This document shows, piece by piece, positions 52,003 through 60,127 of a stretch of DNA of 64,000 nt. How positions within the stretch are numbered: position 1 is the first letter of the stretch; every line of letters begins with the position of its first letter. Origin of the DNA: a virus; IMG/VR virus record IMGVR_UViG_3300024257_000005, positions 1-64,000 of that record. The stretch is one strand, 5' to 3'. The position numbers and the translations under genes were made by a program. The notes under the pieces are model-generated. The model ran no database searches, had not been told where the DNA came from, and worked only from the letters and a program-made list of their open reading frames with translations.

Positions 52003-52037
52003 CTCTGCCAGCTTATATTTATTAATAAGCGGCAGAG
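52003..52037 (+). promoter_or_regulatory. Hairpin enclosing the TATATTTAT motif
   Basis: ctctgcc-a-gcttat / ataagc-ggcagag. Confidence 0.55.
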
Positions 52038-52103
52038 GACACACACATACGTGCGGCTTGATTTGAAATAACAAAAAGATTTTCCCAAAAATATTATGTA
52101 TAT

Positions 52104-52131
52104 AGTCCTCGATTACTTTGGGGACTTTTTT
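52104..52131 (+). terminator. Terminator-like hairpin just upstream of 52149
   Basis: agtcctcga/ttggggact followed by a T-run. Confidence 0.55.
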
Positions 52132-52148
52132 ATTTTAGGAGAAGTATC

Positions 52149-52643
52149 GTGGCATCAAGACATACAATCGACCAACAATTCATATCACAAGAGGTAGGCG
52201 GCCGCACAATAACACCAAGAATTATGGGCGGAGCAATTACTCCAGCAAATTCTGAATCGGTGATGATCCCAATTAAAGTTAATAGTCAGGGCGAACAGGT
52301 CATGGGCTTTGCCGATGATCCTTTATTAGTTACAGCTCCAGCATATAGTACTGCATTGACAAGTGGAAGTGTAGTAAAATCGAGCCCAGGATTTCTAAGT
52401 TCACTTACTGGATATAATTCAGGTGCCGCTCAATTTGTTCAAATTCACAATCTCTCAACCGCTCCACTGAATGGTGCAATTCCAATTAGTGTGATAGCAG
52501 TGGCAGCAACATCAAACTTCTCAATAACATTTGGCTCAACTGGACTACCACTTACCGATGGTATTGGTGTATTCAATTCAAGTACTGCAGCAACATTAAC
52601 AAGTGGTTCAAACGATATACTATTTACAGCAATATATAACTAG
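52149..52643 (+). CDS. Putative virion accessory protein (paralog A)
   Basis: Ser/Thr/Gly-rich; shares an ~50-aa N-terminus with 52652. Confidence 0.5.
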   Translation: MASRHTIDQQFISQEVGGRTITPRIMGGAITPANSESVMIPIKVNSQGEQVMGFADDPLLVTAPAYSTALTSGSVVKSSPGFLSSLTGYNSGAAQFVQIHNLSTAPLNGAIPISVIAVAATSNFSITFGSTGLPLTDGIGVFNSSTAATLTSGSNDILFTAIYN

Positions 52644-52651
52644 GATAAATC

Positions 52652-53263
52652 ATGGGCAGCCATACAATAGATAAAGTATTCATATCACAAGAGGGAGGTG
52701 GAACAACCCAACAACCCAGAATGATGGGTGGGCTGATAACTCCTCTTGCATCGGAATCTATAATGCTTCCTACAAAATTGACACCACATGGCGCACAAGT
52801 TGTTGCTTCAACATCTGAAGCTAATATTGAAGATGGAACAAGGTTTATTACAACAACAGTATTAAAAGCACTACCATCAGAATCAATCAATATGTTATAC
52901 GCAGTTCCATCGCCAGATAATTCAACACATATCACAGCAGAAATCTATGTGTCGGTAGGAACAGAGCTTTGGATCTATGAAAGCCCAACTGTTTCAGCAA
53001 CTGGCTCGCTATTAGAAAATGTAAATCTAAATAGAACGTCGGCAATAACAAGCTCAATGAAAATGTCTGCTGGACCAACAGTTTCAAATAGTGGAAGTAT
53101 ATTATCAAATATGTACATTGGTGCAGGTACAAAAAATTCACCAATCCCAGGTAATGAAGTGTTTTCATTTATTTTTGATTCTACAAAAACGTATTTAATG
53201 AAAGTGGTACCTGGAGCAGATAATGCAATTCTATCTCTTGGTAGTGCTTGGTGCGAGGAATAA
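52652..53263 (+). CDS. Putative virion accessory protein (paralog B)
   Basis: HTIDxxFISQExGG...PRxMGG.ITP..SES.M.P.K shared with 52149. Confidence 0.5.
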   Translation: MGSHTIDKVFISQEGGGTTQQPRMMGGLITPLASESIMLPTKLTPHGAQVVASTSEANIEDGTRFITTTVLKALPSESINMLYAVPSPDNSTHITAEIYVSVGTELWIYESPTVSATGSLLENVNLNRTSAITSSMKMSAGPTVSNSGSILSNMYIGAGTKNSPIPGNEVFSFIFDSTKTYLMKVVPGADNAILSLGSAWCEE

Positions 53264-53266
53264 TCT

Positions 53267-53815
53267 ATGTGCGATATAATGATAGTTGATGACGATAAGA
53301 GCATCCACACACTACTAGAATTACAATTGAAAAAGACTAATCTATGTGGTGGAAATTGTGAACTAGCACATGCATATTCTGCAGAAGAAGCAATTGAATT
53401 AGTAGGGAAACTAGATCACAGACCTTTCATATTCTTTGTTGATATAAATTTACCACAGAAATCTGGACCAGAATTTGTGAAATGGTTACATGAAAAAGAA
53501 GTATTTGCATTAATATTTATAGTCACAGGATCAGATGTGACTCCAATTGAATTTGAAAAACTGATCACAGCTGGAGTTGATGGATATTTTAGAAAGCCGA
53601 TTAATCAGAACTTATTAAAAACGATTGTTGGTATGACTTTAACGAAAGCCACTAAATTGGGTAGAAAACATGCTCGAATGTTTCACGAAACCGTAGGGAT
53701 GAAATTTGACAATTCTGTCCTTGACAACATTATTGAAAAATCAAAACATTTGAACATCTTATATGAAGAATTTCATTCAAGTAGACAAGGAGTTAGAGAA
53801 GATGCCACTATCTAA
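53267..53815 (+). CDS. CheY-like response-regulator receiver-domain protein
   Basis: IMIVDDD, FVDINLP..SG, IVTG, YFRKP. Confidence 0.88.
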   Translation: MCDIMIVDDDKSIHTLLELQLKKTNLCGGNCELAHAYSAEEAIELVGKLDHRPFIFFVDINLPQKSGPEFVKWLHEKEVFALIFIVTGSDVTPIEFEKLITAGVDGYFRKPINQNLLKTIVGMTLTKATKLGRKHARMFHETVGMKFDNSVLDNIIEKSKHLNILYEEFHSSRQGVREDATI

Positions 53816-54314
53816 AGAAGCTAGAAAAGAAGTGCAGGACATGATGGCATATGCCCTGTCTGATGCCGGTGAACAAAATAGCAAATTTATAGAAGTTATT
53901 ACAAACTATGCCACAACAAATCAGAATATACTGCATGCCATTGAAGAGAGCAATCGACAAATGGGTGAAATTAGTGGCAATGTAGCAGAAACAGCTAAAG
54001 CATTGAACAATGGATTATCAACTAAGATCGGTAATATTGACGCAAATGTTGCCATACTACATGACGATCACCATGCAGAAACTGGAGCAATTCCCGTATT
54101 AAAAGAAGAAATAAGAGATATGAAAAAGACAATGAAATCAATGTGAATTCCTTTGATTAGTGTTCTAATGACAACTCTTCTATTAGCTGGGTCAATAATT
54201 AGAACAGAAACGCCAGATACAATAGATCACCCAATAACAATTGAGCAGGTTGAAGATGCATATGAAAAAGGTGTGATAGATGGTCACAATTTGGAGATAT
54301 TAAATGATGAGTAA
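53802..54314 (+). CDS. Coiled-coil protein with a TM anchor after a TGA=Trp (lysis-module candidate), 170 aa
   Basis: AGGAG RBS and ATG 53802; TGA at 54144 followed by IPLISVLMTTLLLAGSII; TAA 54312 overlaps the next ATG. Confidence 0.6.
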
Positions 54315-54597
54315 AATATTTATAATGTTCGGTGGAAGAAAATTCCTATCTGTTATCCTTGCATCATTCTTGACATTCATGTCGGTCATATGGACATTTG
54401 GTCTAACCGAGACTGTTCCTACATATGCTCCATCTGCTAAAGATGCTAGCATTGAATATGTCATTACAGGCTACGAATTACAAGAGCCAATTCAGGCATA
54501 CTCATTCATTGGTATAATCGTACCTTCATACTTCTTGCTGATCACAGCTTATGCTGGTATCAATGCATATTCAAAAAAGAAAGACATACCTGACTAA
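54304..54597 (+). CDS. Two-TM membrane protein, holin candidate
   Basis: GGRKFL followed by a TM segment, a second TM and a basic C-terminus (KKKD). Confidence 0.45.
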   Translation: MMSKIFIMFGGRKFLSVILASFLTFMSVIWTFGLTETVPTYAPSAKDASIEYVITGYELQEPIQAYSFIGIIVPSYFLLITAYAGINAYSKKKDIPD

Positions 54598-54618
54598 ATA
54601 AAAATTAATTCACCAGTC

Positions 54619-54658
54619 ATCCCTTTATATTTAACAATGAACTTAAACATAAAGGGAT
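54619..54658 (+). promoter_or_regulatory. Hairpin with TATATTTAA in its 5' arm, sequestering the putative RBS of 54664
   Basis: atccctttat/ataaagggat, extendable by tttaa/ttaaa. Confidence 0.6.
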
Positions 54659-54663
54659 AACCG

Positions 54664-55002
54664 ATGGACATGCTAGACAAAACAATTGTTTTAGAAACAT
54701 CCAATTCAAAAAACTCAACAAAAACACATGAGCAACTATTCAAACTAGAACGAAGGTTCATACGTATGATATGTGAAGAGCTTGGGATCAATAAGAAACA
54801 ATTCCGAAAAATGTATAAATCTAAGAAACCACAAGACCAGGGTTTTGCTAATGAGATTAATAAGCAATTCAAGAATCTCAAAGAATCATACATGGCAGAA
54901 GCTCCAAAAGAAATTTCAGCACCAACTCCAGAACCTGAACGTATGACAATTGGCGAAGTAACTACTCAAGGTGGCGACGCTGATGGTATTGGCATAAATT
55001 AG
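54664..55002 (+). CDS. Hypothetical protein
   Basis: ORF. Confidence 0.5.
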   Translation: MDMLDKTIVLETSNSKNSTKTHEQLFKLERRFIRMICEELGINKKQFRKMYKSKKPQDQGFANEINKQFKNLKESYMAEAPKEISAPTPEPERMTIGEVTTQGGDADGIGIN

Positions 55003-55005
55003 GCC

Positions 55006-55034
55006 TTTACTTTATACGCTCCAAGGGTTATATT
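55006..55034 (+). promoter_or_regulatory. Sigma70-like promoter (TTTACT-N17-TATATT)
   Basis: Shares gggttatattg with 29682 and 38812. Confidence 0.55.
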
Positions 55035-55060
55035 GAAAGGTCAACAAATAAGGAGTAGAC

Positions 55061-55564
55061 ATGCCCAAACGAAAAATCAAAAAACCAGCAAAAATTCACC
55101 AACGCAAGGTCTATAAGGCCAGCGGTCCAACACACTTTGGAGCCTTTAGTGATCAAGGCGTCTCTCAGGAGGTGCTATGCTCTAAGTGTAATCGAGAATA
55201 TCTGAAAATAGATGTTGGAGCAACTGGAGGAATTTGCTGGAAGTGTACACAGGTTTTATGTGGACCACCGGCTGGAATGAAAACTGGAGATTCAAAACCT
55301 ACGGTACAGAGGGTTCAGGGATGGCGTTGGATGAAAGAGTGGGTTGATCCGGATGGTACGGTTTGGCACAAAGGTGTTGAACAACCCAAGCTCAAGGGAA
55401 AAAGAGAACCAACAGATCCAGAACCAATTCGACAGGCAAGGATTGAAAAGAAAAAGATTGCAGCACAAAAGAAAGAAATAAAACTTCTCAAACATGCACA
55501 AAAGCAAAAAGAGGCACGAATTGCTGAGGCAAAGAAAAGAGAAGAATTAAAAAATAAAGGATAA
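55061..55564 (+). CDS. Basic Zn-finger hypothetical protein
   Basis: CSKC...CWKC, GWRWMKEWVDPDG. Confidence 0.55.
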   Translation: MPKRKIKKPAKIHQRKVYKASGPTHFGAFSDQGVSQEVLCSKCNREYLKIDVGATGGICWKCTQVLCGPPAGMKTGDSKPTVQRVQGWRWMKEWVDPDGTVWHKGVEQPKLKGKREPTDPEPIRQARIEKKKIAAQKKEIKLLKHAQKQKEARIAEAKKREELKNKG

Positions 55565-55569
55565 AGATT

Positions 55570-55941
55570 ATGGGAACCGAAAAATCAGATAAAAAGCAGT
55601 GAAGCGATCTTGAAATTGTAGAAATGCTCGAAGAAAAATTCCCAGGAATGACTGGCGAATTTAAAGATATTCTTAAAGAGCAGTATCTTACATTTTGTCT
55701 AAAGCAATGGGATTACGGTCCCTCAAATATTGCTGTCGGAACCAACCTTGAAACACCTGAAGAGGTGAAGATGTCATGGATGGGATTGTGGTTCAGGATT
55801 AATGATAAGGTTCAGCGGCTCAAGAATATTCTATTCAACGATAAGACGGCAGCAAATGAACCAATGATTGATGCATTTATGGATATGTCAGTCTATGGAA
55901 TAATAGCACAAATTGTCGATAGGGGCAAGTGGGGTAAATAG
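55570..55941 (+). CDS. Nucleotide-modification-associated domain 1 (DUF1599-like) protein; TGA at 55600 if the upstream ATG is used
   Basis: KQWDYGPSNI, RINDKVQRL, E...DAFMD...YGII; alternative ATG at 55624. Confidence 0.7.
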
Positions 55942-57036
55942 ATGAGATATGTTCTTAAGAAAACCTACACATTTGATGACGTATCAATTCAGCCAGAATT
56001 TTCTACTATTTCATCTAGATCAAATTGCAATGTAGAGACAAAGCTATCTCGTAATTTTAAAATGAGAATTCCAATCATTGCAACCCCGATGGACACTATC
56101 ACTGAAACTGAAATGGGTGTTCAGATGGACTATCTTGGAGGGTTGGGAATAATTCATCGGTTTATGTCTATTGAAGAGCAATGCAAGATGGTGACATGGA
56201 TTAATCACGATGGGCACGTTGGAATAGGAAATACTTTTCAGAAACCATATCTTCCTGAGAATGTATTGCCAAAAGTTATTGGAGCTGCAATTGGTGTAAA
56301 CAATATCGAAAGAGCCAGAGCATTACTCAAAGCAGGAGCTAATCTTTTAATGATTGATGTAGCCCATGCAGATCATCAGCTTGTTCTTGATATGATTGAA
56401 CTATTGGTTAAGCTAAAAGATGAATATGATTTTGACATCTTGGCAGGAACAATTGCTACATCCGGAGCAGCTAAAAGACTTATTAAAGCAGGTGTAGATG
56501 GATTGGTTGTTGGAGTAGGTGGTGGCTCATTATGTGAAACACGAATTAGAGCAGGTGTAGGAATACCAATGATCACATCAATTTCAGATGTGGCAGACGC
56601 TATCGAATTTATGGATCCAGAAGTTTCACTAATTGCAACAGGAGGCATGAGAACTCCAGGTGACGTTGCAAAAGCTATAGCAGCTGGAGCAGACTGTGTT
56701 ATGTTAGGATCAATGCTAGCAGGCACAAGAGAGACTCCGGGAGCTATTCATAAAAGTGGTACCTATGGGAAGGACGTTCTTTTCAAATCCTATAGAGGAT
56801 CGGCTTCACCTGATTCAAAAAGAGATCGTGGTGAGACAAAGAATGTAGAAGGAAATTCTACTACTATTCCATATAGAGGAAGCGTGGTTAGAATAGTAAA
56901 CGAAATTATAGAAGGACTACAATCGTCTATGAGCTATGTTGGTACTGACAGCATGGGAGACTTTAAAGCACAGGCAATATTAGTTGAAATATCACAATCA
57001 GGAGTGATGGAGGCAAAACCACACTTACTGCATTAA
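55942..57036 (+). CDS. guaB: IMP dehydrogenase/GMP reductase family, no CBS domains
   Basis: TFDDV, PMDT, IHRF, IDVAH, GVGGGSLCETR, GADCVMLGSMLAG. Confidence 0.85.
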   Translation: MRYVLKKTYTFDDVSIQPEFSTISSRSNCNVETKLSRNFKMRIPIIATPMDTITETEMGVQMDYLGGLGIIHRFMSIEEQCKMVTWINHDGHVGIGNTFQKPYLPENVLPKVIGAAIGVNNIERARALLKAGANLLMIDVAHADHQLVLDMIELLVKLKDEYDFDILAGTIATSGAAKRLIKAGVDGLVVGVGGGSLCETRIRAGVGIPMITSISDVADAIEFMDPEVSLIATGGMRTPGDVAKAIAAGADCVMLGSMLAGTRETPGAIHKSGTYGKDVLFKSYRGSASPDSKRDRGETKNVEGNSTTIPYRGSVVRIVNEIIEGLQSSMSYVGTDSMGDFKAQAILVEISQSGVMEAKPHLLH

Positions 57037-57045
57037 GAGGTTATC

Positions 57046-57579
57046 ATGTTAGATAAAAAATTCTGGTTAGATCTAGAATGGAGATTTGACTACAAGACAC
57101 CAATACCAGATCTAATGGCACAAATTCAAAAAGACGTCGATGAATCAATCGAAAATGGCTACGACGATATCCAATTTTGGCTAGGTTCTGATTCTCAAGT
57201 GTACCCAAAGAAGGGTAAAATCAAGTACGTAGTTGCTATTGTAATGTATAGAGTTTCTCAAGGTGCTAGAATTTACTTTGCAAATAAAGAAACTGACATT
57301 CCAAGGGGTTTGAAAAAACAACCACTTGCTCGTGTTAGACTTTGGAATGAAGTTTACTGGAGCGTGATGGTTTCAGATGTATTCGAACCTAAGTTAATGG
57401 AATTGGGATATCTTGTTGATGAAGTACATGCTGATGTCAATGAAGATAAAAGATTCTTATCGAATGAAGTAATGGCAGCTGTTTTAGGGTACATTACATC
57501 TAAGGGCTATGTAGGAAAAGCAAAGCCAGATGCATATAGTGCTTCAAAAGCTGCTGATAGAAGACTGAAGAAGAGATAA
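57046..57579 (+). CDS. RNase H-like YkuK/DUF458-family protein
   Basis: LGSDSQ, RLWNEV..S, VHADVN, KPDAYSASKAAD. Confidence 0.75.
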   Translation: MLDKKFWLDLEWRFDYKTPIPDLMAQIQKDVDESIENGYDDIQFWLGSDSQVYPKKGKIKYVVAIVMYRVSQGARIYFANKETDIPRGLKKQPLARVRLWNEVYWSVMVSDVFEPKLMELGYLVDEVHADVNEDKRFLSNEVMAAVLGYITSKGYVGKAKPDAYSASKAADRRLKKR

Positions 57580-57634
57580 TAAAAATAAATTTCTAAGATT
57601 TTAATGAATATTTAAATTAAACAAGGAGAATAAG

Positions 57635-57859
57635 ATGCAAGAAGTTATGGTAGTGTTTTTAGTAGAAAACGAAGACAATCAGGGCAATATCAAGATCAAG
57701 AAAACACGTGAAAATGTTCTGGTTCCAAAAGCTCTTTCACCTGAGTATGCAATCAAACGAGTTGCAGAATGGCTAAAAGATTCACCAACAAAATGGGAAA
57801 TCAAGCAGGTCAAAGAGTCAAATCTAAAAGTTGTATTAACTGAGGATGGCGAGCTGTAA
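57635..57859 (+). CDS. Small hypothetical protein (DUF4494-like)
   Basis: KKTRENVLV.ALS...VKES. Confidence 0.4.
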   Translation: MQEVMVVFLVENEDNQGNIKIKKTRENVLVPKALSPEYAIKRVAEWLKDSPTKWEIKQVKESNLKVVLTEDGEL

Positions 57860-57860
57860 A

Positions 57861-58082
57861 ATGTCATTAATAGTAAAATATGACGACGATACATATTGCG
57901 AACATTGTGGCGAGAACCATGAATATTTTGGCATCTCAGTTTTACACGAGGGAACGTTCTGGTGTGTTACTTGTGCAGAAGGTGTTGTTCCCCTTTCCAA
58001 AGTTCAGGTAAAAGAATTTGAATTAAAAGAATTGAAAGAGAGAAAGAAATGGTTGGAGAAGGAACTGAAAAAGTTAGGATAG
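57861..58082 (+). CDS. Small Zn-binding hypothetical protein
   Basis: CEHC...CVTC. Confidence 0.5.
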   Translation: MSLIVKYDDDTYCEHCGENHEYFGISVLHEGTFWCVTCAEGVVPLSKVQVKEFELKELKERKKWLEKELKKLG

Positions 58083-58300
58083 ATCTCGTCTCTACTCAAG
58101 CAGGCGATTGGGTCGTAGTTTATCTTGACGGGAAAAAGGAAGGATATGAAGGGCATTCAGTACCAACAGATGAATTTATTCGATTGCACGAAGAATATCC
58201 TCATTCAATAATTAATACACATGAATGCAGCGATGCTGCAGAAAAGGAAGCTTATAGCTCTGGCACATTACCAGAGACTCTATCGGAGGCATTGAAATAG
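58049..58300 (+). CDS. Hypothetical protein
   Basis: ORF; start uncertain. Confidence 0.45.
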   Translation: MVGEGTEKVRIDLVSTQAGDWVVVYLDGKKEGYEGHSVPTDEFIRLHEEYPHSIINTHECSDAAEKEAYSSGTLPETLSEALK

Positions 58301-58303
58301 AAA

Positions 58304-58969
58304 ATGGATAAAAATTTAAAATACGCTTTTCTCATACCAATTGGGAATAGCATTTCGGGCAAGCTGATACCCCAACTTCTACAACTACACAATCTTGCTA
58401 AAAGAGTGGGTGCTAGGATATATACCATTCCAAACAGGATCCATGTAGATGCCCGAAATGCTCTAGCAACTAAAGGCGGAGGATTTGTTAATCCCACCAA
58501 GCTGATCAAAGATACTGAATGGCTAGTTTGGTTTGATGCCGATCAAGCATATACGATGAGTAATGTGAAACGACTTCTTGAGTATGATGAAGAAGAAAAA
58601 TTTATTAGTGGCTGGTACATCAAAGACGTTGCAGGTCAGAGAAATCCACAAGCGATGGTAGCAAGGTGGGACGAAGAGCATTTTAAGAAACATGGATCGA
58701 TGGAATTTCTAAATGAGAAGGAAATCATGGAATCAAAAGAGCCAATCAGGGTAGACTATGTTGGCTTTGGTTTCTGCAGGATCCATTCATCGGTATTTGA
58801 GAAAATGGAATATCCATATTTTAGACATCATGTTACAAAAATCGGAGACTATCGGGATAATTCAAGTGAAGATGTGTCATTCTGTTTAGATGCATCTGAG
58901 TTAGCCGGTGTAAAACCATTGGTCATTCCTGAATTACGAATTGGACATCTTAAGGAGATTATTATATAA
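58304..58969 (+). CDS. GT-A-fold glycosyltransferase-like protein
   Basis: ARNAL, WFDAD, VGFGFCRI...VFE, SEDVSFC, IGHLK. Confidence 0.75.
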   Translation: MDKNLKYAFLIPIGNSISGKLIPQLLQLHNLAKRVGARIYTIPNRIHVDARNALATKGGGFVNPTKLIKDTEWLVWFDADQAYTMSNVKRLLEYDEEEKFISGWYIKDVAGQRNPQAMVARWDEEHFKKHGSMEFLNEKEIMESKEPIRVDYVGFGFCRIHSSVFEKMEYPYFRHHVTKIGDYRDNSSEDVSFCLDASELAGVKPLVIPELRIGHLKEIII

Positions 58970-59310
58970 TGACAAACGAAATATCAGTTAGAGATAGTGA
59001 AAAATTATTAAAGCGCTTTGAAGTTCCTCATGAAATATACCTTTACATTAAACAGCTTGAAGGGTATATTAAGCGACCAACACAATCGAAGCTGCTTGAA
59101 AATTATCCAGAAAGATTTAAGATTGTCAACAGAGAGGGAGATGAAATGAAAATTAAAAATTGGGCACCAGACGGAAGTGGATATTCTATCTCAACAGAGA
59201 ACGTTTTGACATGTTCACGAAAACTGCTTGACGAATTATATCATTCAGATCAAATCACCGAACAGCGATATCAAGAAATTTTAATAGAAAGAAAAGCTAA
59301 GGAGGCCTAA
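58969..59310 (+). CDS. Hypothetical protein
   Basis: Coupled start. Confidence 0.5.
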   Translation: MTNEISVRDSEKLLKRFEVPHEIYLYIKQLEGYIKRPTQSKLLENYPERFKIVNREGDEMKIKNWAPDGSGYSISTENVLTCSRKLLDELYHSDQITEQRYQEILIERKAKEA

Positions 59311-59311
59311 C

Positions 59312-60127
59312 ATGGCTGGAGAATCAACACAATTTGCATGGGGAACGAATTCTCATGATACATCATTTACTTCCTTTGGAACTGGAGGTGTTTTTATTGA
59401 TAGTACAACAGCAGCAGGATGGGCTGATGGAGTTACAATAAATGGATCTATCTCAGCTGGCAATACAACAATGGATGTTGTGAAGAAAAAAGGAACACCT
59501 ATTCGATTTGCTTTTGGACTGGTCAAAAAGAATCTAACATTTCTTGAACATCGAAGAATTAAAGCAAGGCTCAAGAGAGCTGAAGCAATGGTAAATAAGG
59601 CTGCAGAGACAGGTCAGGTAGCATTATCAGAACAAGCATTCACAGCATGGGAAGTACTATTAAAGGAAACTCAAATCTATGGTGCTAACTTCAAATATTT
59701 CATTGACGAACCATTACTGGACAAATTCATTGCATCTACTGATCCTAATAAGAATCGAAGGAATGCTGAAATTCATGTGACACCGGTCGCAGAGTTCACA
59801 CGTCTTATTCCTGCAGGACCACAGAAGAAATTGGATAAAGCTCGTAAACTAGAATTATTCGACGAAATAGTTGTAGTTCATCATGACCCAGAATTAAACA
59901 GTGTATCTGAAAAGGAAAAGAAAAAGATCAAACGTGAAAAAGATCCAATTCTTTTTGGCAAGATTAATAACTGCAATAGACTATATTTCATAGATGATTG
60001 GGAAGATGAATATTGTGATCTAACATTTGATGACATTGTTGATCGTCTTGATTTAGAAGAAGAAGGTATCGTATTAACTAAAGACCCAAAATTCAATCTA
60101 CCTGGGATTCTTAAGGAGGATGATTAA
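59312..60127 (+). CDS. Phage hypothetical protein
   Basis: GGAGG RBS; KDPILFG...RLYFIDDWEDEYCDLT. Confidence 0.6.
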   Translation: MAGESTQFAWGTNSHDTSFTSFGTGGVFIDSTTAAGWADGVTINGSISAGNTTMDVVKKKGTPIRFAFGLVKKNLTFLEHRRIKARLKRAEAMVNKAAETGQVALSEQAFTAWEVLLKETQIYGANFKYFIDEPLLDKFIASTDPNKNRRNAEIHVTPVAEFTRLIPAGPQKKLDKARKLELFDEIVVVHHDPELNSVSEKEKKKIKREKDPILFGKINNCNRLYFIDDWEDEYCDLTFDDIVDRLDLEEEGIVLTKDPKFNLPGILKEDD

